Positions 1 through 11,192 of a DNA stretch of 64,000 nucleotides are shown in pieces. The stretch is from Psammoneis japonica (Eukaryota). Numbering within the stretch: position 1 is the first letter of the stretch; every line of letters starts with the position of its first letter. The stretch lies in contig QPGO01000163.1 of assembly GCA_008632985.1 (NCBI GenBank), forward strand, positions 1 through 64,000, read 5' to 3'. A program made the translations under genes and the position numbers. A model generated the notes under the pieces. That model was not told where the DNA came from. It made no database searches and worked only from the letters and a program-made list of their open reading frames with translations.

Positions 1-128
1 TCCACTTCCACAGTGTAAATGGCATGCACAAGTGTTTCGCTCAAAACATCATTGTGAAAATGTGTGCCCACAAAAGTCATTTTTGCTGCAATGAACAAAC
101 CCCTCACCTGCTTCAATGACGTTCCGGT

Positions 129-2874
129 TTGCTGTTGGGGCCTGAGCACATCCATCCTTTTTGGCGCCAAATCGTTTTTCCCAGTCCAATTCGTCATCTC
201 CCTGGTGTCGTTCCGACAGCGGAAAACACGGCCGTGTCCACAAGAGAAGCCAAGAGATGTCGCGGGTTGGCTCTGGGGAAGAACAGCAAATTGTCGATAA
301 CCAAGACAACGCAGCACAAGACCAACAATCGCATCACGGCCGAACGCTCCTTGCTGGCCGCCGCAACCTTGGTCATTCTATGCACCGATACGATGTTTGT
401 CGATGGGGAAGACAAAGTGTTTGAAAACGTGGTCCCAAACTTGACCACTGGTGCAAAAACCTTTCTCAACCTTGTTGAAGGCTGTTGTGGAAACAAAGCA
501 CATCCGATGAGCATTCCTCACATGGGAATGGACGACACTGGGCTTGCTGCCACAAAAGGCCCCCAACCTGGAGACCCTTTAGAATGGTGCCTTGTCGCCA
601 CCAAAGACAACGCAGATGCAGGAAGTCACTCAAAGTACAAGAGAGGCAAAGATCCATCATTTGAGTGCCTCAGAGCGAAACTTGCCATCACAATGGTTGC
701 TTCTGGAGAGGCCACACCAGTCATGTTGACGTTCAAGAAGATGATGGAACGTCAACTCCCAAAAGGACACACAAAAGATGCGTGCAGCAATGAGGACAGT
801 GTGTGTTCAGTGGACGTGCATGGGCTGTGTCCAGCAGGTGATGCGAACATTGATGCTGATGTCGGCTTTGTCCTGTTCATGAGGGACGACATTGACAAAG
901 CTGAGCTCAAGCGCATGGTGATGCATCACAAGTTTGTCCATTTGCCTCACACACAGAGACAGTGTCACAAGTTGCAAGGCCGCACGGGTGCCTTAGACCA
1001 AGCACATGCTGAAGACGAGCGCAGCGTTCTTGTCATGGATGGTGACCGTGGACAAATTGATGCAAACACGGTTTGCATCAATTTTGACGAAAATTGATGA
1101 CAAAGAGAAGACAATCTCCGGCAAGACCAACCCTGCAAGGACCGGATCGGAAGCGTCTTGCAATCAAGCTGATGTCTTCAGCGCTGCAAAATCCATCCTG
1201 AAGAAACAAGCCACTGCCACAGAGTTGGACGTCCATGCTCACGCAAACAAGTTGGAGGCTGCAAGATCCCTGGAAAAGACTCCCCTTCAGCTTGGAAAGG
1301 GCAAGGATGCAATCGTCGACTTGCTTGCCAAGCTTCCGTCAATCCTGACTCAGTCGTTACAACGGAAGAAGATTCTGAAGGGATTCGTGGTCTCCGGTGT
1401 CATTGACCAGAAAACTCTGCATTGTCCTGATTTTGAATCCGTCATGTCTGCCATCAAACGGCAAGTCTCCCAAGAAGAACACAATCTTTGCCTCCGATCC
1501 TTCCCCACCTTGATGAAAGCATGGGATGACAACGGGGGTCACATCCCCAAAACAGTTTTTGATGAACTCGAGTTCCCCGAGGACCGTGATCCCGCTGGGA
1601 ACATGTGCCAGCATGATGCCGGCATTTCACAAGAACCCCTGCAGTGTGCCAAACTTCTTAACTCTGTTGTTCAAAGGGCAGCCCAGAAGGAACGACAGGA
1701 TCGCCTGCGGGCCAAGAAGCAGGCAAAACTTGTCCGTGAAATTGCAGCGCACAACAAAGCATGTGATGAAGCCATGGCAGCGGAACCCAAAACACTGGAC
1801 ATGATGAGCCGCAACGAGAGTCTTCAAGTTGTGGATGAGTCAGACGGACCAATTGTGGCACAGGCATCGATCGACATGTGCGCAAAACTTGCCGTTTCAC
1901 AGTTGCAGTCATTTGTGAATGCACGCTTCTTCCGATCAATGAAAGACAAGCCGTCAAAGTTTCACACAAAGAAGGGTGCATTGGCGGAGGCAAGGGATGA
2001 ATCTGAGAATGACAAAAACTCCGGCAGGCAGTTCGATTCCCCACCGACTTCACTCGTTCACAAGCTCATCTGCTCATGTTGCAAGGCTTGGCACCTTCCT
2101 GTCATTTGTGAAAAAAAGGAACTGCCCAGTGAGACCACAGCTCCTGCTCCTGTCCTTCCAGTTGATCCTGCTGACCATGAGGTCAGGCTTCCGCTGTGTG
2201 AGAATCCAATGTGGCAAGCAAGTGCGGCAAAGGTTGCAGACAATTTCATGTCTTTTGGTCCGGAGCAAATGCAACAAACTGCTCAGTTGGTTCTGATTCT
2301 GATGCAACAACTCGAGACACACAAACGTCAGCGACTCAAGAACTGTGACACTCGCCGCAACCCCTGGACACTCCAATGGACAGAACAGAATCTACCACTG
2401 ATGGCGGCCATGATGGTCAGCTGCGGCCATGTCCTCCCAAACATTGAATTTCGGAGTGGTGCTGCATCCTTGTCACTCCACCCAAAGGCACAGTCTGAGA
2501 AGTGCACTGGAGATCGTTGCATGAAGGAAGGTGTCTGCGGATTGTGTCACTTGTGCACACCCGTTAGGTTGGGAATTAGGTCGGGAAAGAGTTCAGGTGC
2601 CAATGCAAATTTTGGAGTGCGAGACGATGAGCATCTAAAGTGCTCTAAGCTCACAGAATCAAAGCACATCTTGAAACACCTGGAAGAGTCTAAAGTCAGT
2701 GGTGCTCTTTGGTCCAAGAAATTGGCGATGGCAGGTTGTCTGGCTGAGCTTGCCTGCGATCTCTGTCTTGGCGAAGACAATGTCTCTAACTCCCCTGGAT
2801 TCGAAAGTTTCGGATTGCTTCAGATTCACTTGAGCCAGGACCTGGAGACAAATGGTGTCCCTCTGCAGCTTTGA
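129..2874 (+). mobile_element. Degenerate transposase-like ORF pair (possibly DDE_1/pogo-like), frameshifted, TpA-stripped
   Basis: Overlapping ORFs 129-1097 and 1006-2874. Motifs 'ATPVMLTF', 'VLVMDGD' and 'ILKGFVVSGVID' loosely resemble DDE_1 transposases. The 622-aa ORF contains no Tyr. Confidence 0.35.
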
Positions 2875-4845
2875 CAGCTGCTGTCTCATGCGCATTGTCC
2901 TCCAGTGCGGAGCCATCTACACACGGGTCAAAAAGAACAACGAACTGTGTTGGTCTCAGTGCTGAAAGGGGATGCATGACACACAACTTCTCCATCAACA
3001 CTTGCCGTTTGCACCAAGTTCTAATCAAAGCAGTGGCACTCTCTGCCAGAGAGTTCATCCCATTGGCAGAGACTTCTGCACTTGGGCCGGTGCCGTCTTC
3101 ATCACTGCATGGCTTTTCACGCACTGCCGGCACCGTGCTCCCTGCTTCTAGCAGAGAAATGTCATTCCTGTGTCTTGGAACAGCAGATCGGTAAGTCATC
3201 ATTCAAATGGTGCACACACACAATCCACTGGGCCTGCAGTGTGCATGCGGTGCTTGCGCCTGCACTCCATCCCACATTTTGTCAAATGGCCATGCATCTC
3301 TAATCTAGAGACACTGAGTGCTCCAGGATCTGATTTCCCCACATGAGCAAAGAGTGCAAAGAGCATCAAAAGATGTCGATCATGTAGAACATGGGCCTGG
3401 AAATGCCGCTGCAAGCTTTAACGGTCAACGACAGTCACACTGGAAAATGACAGGCAAAATGAAAACATGAGAGGAAAAACGTACACAGTGACAATCCATT
3501 GGGGTTACATGACACAGCACACTCACTGGGGCACCCTTCAAAGGCAGAGCTGAGTTGCCTCACCAATTTTTGTGCCCCCAAGTGCCATCAGCGGTTCGTG
3601 GCATCCGTGCATTCAAGATGAGTCGATGAGCCCGCCAACACAAGCCTCAACCTTCACATTTTACCCATTGCAAAGCCTGGAGTCGTAGTTGCACCACAAA
3701 GATCTCCCAAAATAACGTGGACAATATAATGTCTTAGATGATGATGACAATGCGGTTGAAGGGTAGGTGGAAAGGGTCAAAAAGGACCAGATGCCTGCAC
3801 GCATGATCGAGATGCACCAAAAAAGGATCGTCAGGCAGGCCAGTTTCGTCAAAACGAGTGCAAAACTCAATCAATCACAACACACTCACAGGGTTACCTT
3901 CTTTGGACTGTGGCAAGGCTGTCTGACAAATGCCAACGTCGTGAGCATCCCCGAGACTCTATCGCATCGTTTTGTTTACACGGCATGCACTGTCAAGAAA
4001 TTGTCATCGCCCGAAAAACGACATGCTGTGATTACGAGCCGACCAAGACATCCAAAAACATGTCAAGCTCGTCACGAGTCCAAATGAATAGTACAAATAG
4101 ATGTGCCAAAGGATAAAGAGTGACGAGATGAAGCATGAGGCTCCCAAACGGATACGCTGTGGTGGCGCAAACGCCATGAGAAAGACACCAACATCACAGA
4201 CACAATAATCGACCGCACGAGACGATCAATCAACCTTGCACGCTGCAACAAAAAACAACAATGATCTTCAGTGAACAGGAAAACGACACAAATTGAGAAA
4301 ACACAAAGAGAACTTGCCGTTGCGACGTTGTCGACCATTCACATGTTACACGCACCCTGCAGCAATCGAGTCACGAGTCGAGGCACATTGCCGTTTGCAC
4401 CGTGTGTCAAAACCAAAGCCCCCCAGAAAACCAAACCAATGCATCAACCTCTTCATAACAACGGTGGAAAAAAGATCCCCCATGAAAGATGCATCAACCC
4501 AACGATGCATGCCATGGCGAGATGCATCAAAGTGAAACATGCCGTTTTTGATGCAAAATTGGGACCGGTTGAGTCCAATCGAATGATTCGACTCTCGTGC
4601 TTCACCGTGGTGAAATTTCAGTCACGGACCGGTTGAGTCCTCCGGCAGTGTTGCAATTGTGCTTTTGAGCTTGGGTTCGAATGATTCGAATCCAAAACCA
4701 TTGGTGAAACATTCCATTTCATCAAAATTGCAGTCCGCGGAAATTTGGAAAGAAGGGTCAGGGTCGACCTCTTCATGAGACGGGGTAAAGTCGTTGGATG
4801 CCATGGCCAACAGTCAGATGCCGATTCATGTAGAATGTGCAGGAA

Positions 4846-4902
4846 TCACAACAGCACACCCTCTCGTCAAATGCTTTTTGGGGAGAGGGTGTGCTGTTGT
4901 GA
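4846..4902. repeat. Perfect 20-bp inverted repeat (17-nt loop)
   Basis: TCACAACAGCACACCCTCTC (4846-4865) and GAGAGGGTGTGCTGTTGTGA (4883-4902). Confidence 0.9.
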
Positions 4903-5150
4903 AATGGGTGGAGTGTTGCGCATGTAGAAAAGGCACCAAAATGCAGGTGGGGGAGCTGTTGACTGGAAAAATCGTGGTTTTCGCGGCAAAGCCGCGTTTT
5001 TGCGCGAAAGCACAAAAACCCACGGGCCTTTTCGCGCGGCTTCGCCATGCAAAAGCACGAAAAGCACGCACGCCTCGTGCGGCTGCAGCAGAGCAATTTG
5101 TTGCACGAAATCGCACACGAGCAAAGCAGCGGCGGCCATGATGACACCAT

Positions 5151-6050
5151 CCGACATGCATGGCAAGAGAGCCCAAACAAGTGGGTTGCTGTTGTGCATT
5201 CAACATGTGTGCACTGCTGACATTGCCCTCGACATTACAACACCTTCAATTGTCATTTTCAGGGGGCTCCAAAAAACCGCCTTGTGGACCCGAGTCCGGG
5301 AGGAGTTCCATCTGGTGGCTTGCGCTTGGGCCGATCCGACATGTGTTGCAAGAGAGCCCAAACAAGCAGGTCGTTTTGTTGAATTCAAAATGTGTGCACT
5401 GCTGACATTGTCCTCGACATTGCCACACCTGCAATTGCTTTTTCCAGGGGGCTCCAAAAAACCGCCTCATGGACCCGAGTCCGGAGGAGTTCCTTCAGGT
5501 GGCTTGGGCCGATCCGACACAAATCTAAAGAGAGCCCACACAAGTGGGTCGTTTTGGTGAATTCAAAATGTGTGCACTGCTGATGTTGCCCTCGAAATTG
5601 CCACACCTGCAATTGTCATTTTCAGGGGGCTCCAAAAAACCGCCTTGTGGACCCGAGTCCGGAGGAGTTCCTTCAGGTGGCTTGGTCCGATCCGACACAT
5701 GTCGCAAGAGAGCCCAAACAAGCAGGTTGCTGTTGTGCATTCAATGTGTGTCTGCTGCTGACATTGCCCTCGACACTGCCATGCCTGCAATTGCTTTTTC
5801 CAGGGGGCTCCAAAAAAAGGCCTTGTGGACCCGAGTCCGGAGGAGTTCCTTCAGGTGGCTTGGGCCGATCCGACACACATCGTAAGAGAGCCCAAACAAG
5901 TGGGTCGCTTTGGTGAATTCAAAACATGTGTGCTGCTGACATTGCCCTCGACATTGCCATGCCTGCAAGTTGTTTTCAGGGTGCTCCAAAAAACCGCCTT
6001 GTGGACCCGAGTCTGGGAGGAGTTCCTTCTGGTGGCTTGGGCCGATCTTG
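5151..6050. repeat. Tandem repeat, ~178-bp unit, ~5 copies
   Basis: Recurring 'ccgaca...aagagagcccaaacaag...gggggctccaaaaaaccgcc...ggacccgagtccgg' starting near 5151, 5336, 5514, 5692 and 5870. Confidence 0.9.
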
Positions 6051-8390
6051 CAAAGGCGGATCCGGCTCGTTGTCATCCAAGATTTTTTTCAGCTCATTCT
6101 CGCACACACGAACTCGCCTGCCCAGGGCAAGGCAAGCAGGAAGCTTTTGGTCTTGCCCTTTCCTGCCTGGTTGTTTTTGAACCTCAGGGCTCACCCCCTC
6201 AAACTCTAACATCTTTGCCATGCATCTATCCTCCAGATGCCTTGCGCACGCAGACAGGTCGTTGTCGTCCACTTCTTTTGATTCCAGAGTTGTCTTGTCC
6301 TCCTCATGGGCCACGTGTTCAACAAGCTCCAATGCATGCTTGAGAAGAGACTTCTCGGTCATGCAAGCCACAGCCCTGGCTGCTGAATTGCATGTCAAAG
6401 TTCTTGCAGCTGCTGGAAGAAAGTTTGGTGTGGCAGCAGGTGTGGTGGCGGCGGCAGCACTGGTTGCGGCGGCGGCAGCACTTGGTGCGGTTGCGACTGG
6501 TGGAGCTTGCACAGGTGAGGGCACTTCTAGTCTTGGGCTCTTGTTGCTCTCCTCTGCGTTGCTGGTTTCTCTGGGGCGCTGCCTTGATGCTCTGGCTCCC
6601 GGCGGAGTTTTCAACAGTGACAGCTTGCTTCGTGATGCCTGGAGTTCTTGTTGTTGCTCCTGAATTTGGTGTTGTTGCTGGTGCAGGGTCATTTGCAATG
6701 AGGCAATGGTGCGACGATCAGACTCTTTTTCTTGCAACAGCTTTGCCACCATTTGCCTTAGTTCCAACAGAACACTTGGCTGTTGATTGACAACCGCTGT
6801 CACTTGGGCCTGTCCTCCACCTGGAGCAACTTGGGCCATTTCTGGATTGCGTTCTCGGAAGTCTTTCATGATCATGGTGGACCACTCATCAAGAACAGCC
6901 TCTGGAGAAATCCCTGGGAATCGGGCATTGGAAATGCTTGCACTTCTGGCAGCAGCACGAAGTTTCGTCACCACTGCATTGTGGTCCTTGCATTCTTGGG
7001 TCACTCGGACATGACACATTGTCAATGATGCGAGTCCCGTCCGAAGGATTTGGTGCAGCCCGCTCTGCTTGTCTTTAAATCCTTGTGCTGAAATGACAAA
7101 CGTTTTCATCAGCAATTCCTCCACCTGTGCGGTGACATGCATTCCTGGGCTCTCGAGTCGGGGGACCCGCATGTTGACATCGACGTTGTCACATCGACAA
7201 AGGGCCTCAGCAGCTCTGAGTCCCAGCACAAACAAAGTGCAGTCTGCACAGGAATCCAACGACGTGCCAGTGGTGTGCCCTGAATGACAACAAACATCTT
7301 TGATCCCAATCAAAGGGTGAGCCATGAGTTCCGTGATGGAGCCACGTCGTTCAGATTTGTGGCTGAAAACGTCTTTGCAACATTTTCGGAACAATCATTG
7401 GGCAGATTGTCACGAATGATCTCATCAGTGACAAGTTTTGTCACCTGACTGTCCTTGTGCTTGTGAAGATCTGGAAAGACAAAGTTGGCAATGGCCTGTT
7501 CATCTGCACCAGAACAAAACAGGCCACCCTCCACGGCCCAAAAGCTTGCCATGCAATGATGGAAATCCAGGAGGAATTCAAGCCGGTGCGGGACCATTGC
7601 CATGGCACACTTTCGGAGCAGCTTGAGCTCCACCCACCCAATGTCTGTCACTTAAAAGAAAGGGTGCCATTGCCAATCAATGCAGCTGTTGAACTTAATT
7701 TCACCACCTCGACCCACCGCAAAACATGGCATCACAAGCCAACATCGCTGCTGCAAGGCTCCTTCCCTGTCGCACAGCAGTGTGGCTTTGTCAAACAGCT
7801 TTTTGACAATGCTCAGGAGATCAATCTTCTGAAGCATGGTCCCAATGTCATCACCCGGGTGTAATTTGATTGCCCGGTCCTGACAGAGTGGCTGGGTGGC
7901 AGTGTTGCCAAATGTGTGTTCACCGCCTAGAGACGTGTGGAACCGAGTGCACTCTCTTTCAAAAGTGGGGCGCATTCTGCTCCACCACTCAGGCACATCT
8001 GATGGCCTCAAGCCTTGAAAGTCTGGGTGGTTTGGAAATTTTTCTCATAAGAACTTGATGACCTTGCCAATGCATTTTGACAGAGAAGATGCCATCACCA
8101 GCTTGACGGGCTCGTCCGAATTGTGACTCCTCGGGGGTTGAAGGTTGGCATCAAAGTTTGCTGGAATGGGAGTGGTGGAAATCCACAAACAGAATTGAAA
8201 CATCTCTGCTTCCAAATTCTTGCCATCAATTTCGACAAAACGCATTTGAGCTGTCGGCAGCCTGCCCGTCGAATTGCAAAATGCCTCATGCAGCCTTGTA
8301 GCCGCCCTGTTGGCTTGGGCCGTGCTGTCAGCATCCTCCCATGTTGCGGCCCAACTGACCAGGCAGAGAAGGTTGCTGGCTGGTCATGGT
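5976..8390 (-). mobile_element. Decayed tyrosine-recombinase (Crypton-like) ORF
   Basis: Collinear ORF pieces 8245-8045, 8011-7652, 7651-7310 and 7394-5976. Motifs 'GRGGE', 'SHKSERRG' and 'SGHTTGTSLDSC' follow the R...HxxR...H/W...Y order of tyrosine recombinases, with Cys (TGT) where Tyr is expected. Confidence 0.5.
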
Positions 8391-11192
8391 GTCCACGTCC
8401 ACTGTCAGCAATGATGTGATGACGGCAATGCAGCAATGGGACGTTCGACAACTGCCGATTGGTGTTGCCAACGAGGTGCGGCATGTTGTTGTGCGTCTTG
8501 TGCATTTTTGTCTTGTGCATTGTGCGTTGGGCGCTACGCGCGAAAACCGTAGAAACACCACCACGTAGATTCTGGTGCAGATTCCATTTTTGCAAGGTTC
8601 TCATACGAAAATGGGCACAGCACACAGGGAAAAACTGGTGGGTGCAGGTGGAAATGATGAGCCGAGCACTCATGTCATGTGTGGCAAACTTGGGCGTACA
8701 GCAGAAGAAATGCCCTTGGTCTGTGGTGACGTGGTGACGCAAGGCTGCGGTGAAGCTGTTGAAAAGCACCATCAAAGTTAACGTTTCCACAAACATGTGA
8801 CAAATTGATCAACAAAAAAAGCAATGTTCGACAACAAAAGACATGCTGAAAGTCGTTGGCAACTTTAAATCAAAATAAAACGGCAAAAATTACAGACACA
8901 AAAAGGTGACAACAAAATCAACTTGACCATTAAAATTGAAACCGGGTTGACCTAAAAACAATGTACTTTCATCAAATTAAATGTTCCGAAATTTCCAAAG
9001 GAAAGTGAACAACACCACATTGTGGCCTCTGATGTGCTGGTGGCATGCACCATGAGTTTCATCTGACAAGTGAGGTCACCCCACACACAGTTTAATGACC
9101 TGCCAGTTTGATGACCCCTGCCATGGTGATGGCCAAGAGAGTGCATGCATTTTCATTGAAGAAGGAGACCACAAAGCCATGACAATAAAAAGCAACAAAG
9201 GTTTCTCACACCTCATCAATTGCACAATGACAACATGGTGTGTGAGCAGTTGGTCACAAGGCAAAGCAAAATGTTAAAGTCCACCATCAAATGGCAAACT
9301 TCAGGTTCATGCAACATGGCAAAAAAAGCACTGGCACACTCTTCTGACCAAAATGCCCTGCCTCCTGTCTTCAACATGTCACAAGTCTGACAAATGTCTG
9401 TCCCTTCCAGTTGGCCTGGCTGTGCTCTTTTCAAGCTGTGCAATCTTGGCCAAATGTGGAGCAATTGGGTTTTGAACCCTCATCAGATCTGGCTCTCCCC
9501 TGCTTGCTGCCACACTCTTGAGTCTCCTTGCTTTGTTCTGCACCAATGCTGTGTTTTGCTGGTGGCATCTCAGGAGCTGCTGTTCTGATGCTGAGTCTGA
9601 AAACACTGTTTGCTTCCCTCTGAGTGCGGGCACACCCACCACCACTTTGGGTGTTTGCCACGATGCTTGAAAGATGATGTGACAGGAATTCTGCATGTTC
9701 CCCCAGGGTTCCAACAAGCCTGTCCTCCATTGCATGATTTTCTGTGTGGAGGTCTGACATGATGTCTTTCAGCTGTTTTGGCTGGGCTTCTGTTGCAACA
9801 TGTTTCTCAGAGTTTGAAAATGTCTTTGGCAACTGCTCCCTGGTTCTGGCTGCCGTGGCATCCTCCAAGAAGGCCACTTGGTTGCCCCCTCATTGTTTTC
9901 AGAGATCCTCCTTGTGCTCTTTTCTCCTGGCAGCATTTCATCTCTTTCCAGGAAAAAATCTTCAAAAACCTTGGCTGGTGGCAGGTGCTGAAAGGCATGT
10001 CATTGTTGCATTGGAGGCAGGCTCTCAGACATGCTCTGTGCATTCTCAGATGCCTTGAATTGGCCCCAATCAACTGGGAATGTTGAGAACTCTGGCATCA
10101 GCCAAAAAAAGACTGTGGTTTGGTGGCTGCACTCACTCTTGAGAGCAGTTGGCAGCTCAAGTTTGTTCTTTGAACATGTGTGGCATTTTTCTTGGCTCCT
10201 GTGTGCACAACAAGAAGCAGATCTTGTGACAGCAATCCCAATGGCATGATGCTGGGACAACACTCAGCATCCTGCCACATTTCTTGGATGTGAGTCAAGT
10301 CACTGGGAAACTGGGCTGGTCTCCATTGAAAAAACCCAGCCAAAATGTCATCAAACAAAAAAGCTCTTCATGTTGGGGGCAGCACCAATGCCAAACATTG
10401 TGCATCCATGAGTTGGTTCCACATGACTGCTCACCACAGTGCAGCTCCTGCTTGCAAAGCAACACTTGCTTTGTCACATTGTGCTTTGTGCCTCATGTTT
10501 GGGAAAGGTCAAAGTGCCACTTGAGGACTTGTGGTGGAATGTTCAAAAGGAATGTGTCAAAGGCTCTACATTTTGACATGTTGACAATTTTGTTTTGACA
10601 AAGAGGTGTGCTTCAGAAGCAGGGTTTGGCACATCAGTGCAGGGAAGCTCACACCAATGGGGGGGGGCAGCTGTTGTGCCTCTTCAATGTGGCGCCATTT
10701 TGGAATCTCTTGCCATTCTGCATGCATGCTCCATTTCCAATGCACTGCCAGCCTGGACAGAGCACATGCCGCATTCCAAGCTTTCTGACATCAGCTTGGA
10801 ATGTCAACGCTTTGCACCCCATTTCTCTGTTTCGTTGCAAGGATCCTCCCACAAATTGAGCACGGCAAAAGGAGCAGCAAATGGAGTGCAAAATAAATGG
10901 CCTCATTCTGATGCGCAAAACAATGCTGAGGAATGTGCAAATTACATTGCCAGAACGGAATGAGGGTGTGCGTGGGAATGAAGTGCGGAATTTGAAGAGG
11001 CTTTTTTCGTCTTGTCGTGTCATGCACTCCGTTTTGAGGCCTTTCTCGACGAACAGTGGCACTCACATTCAGAGCGATTCTTGGGTTCTCGGTTCCTGTG
11101 CTGTGTGCCGTGTGTGAGGAGGAGAACTTGTGTGAAATTGAACATCATTAGACTATTTAAAAGAATAGAAACATAATGTCCATCTCGTTCTT

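Noticed and set aside
1006..2874. Alternative genetic code explaining Tyr-free ORFs
   Set aside because: Neighbouring intact genes use TAY at conserved Tyr positions, and non-coding DNA shows the same depletion
5151..6050. Possible CRISPR array
   Set aside because: Whole ~178-bp units are homologous with no unique spacers; eukaryotic context and no cas genes
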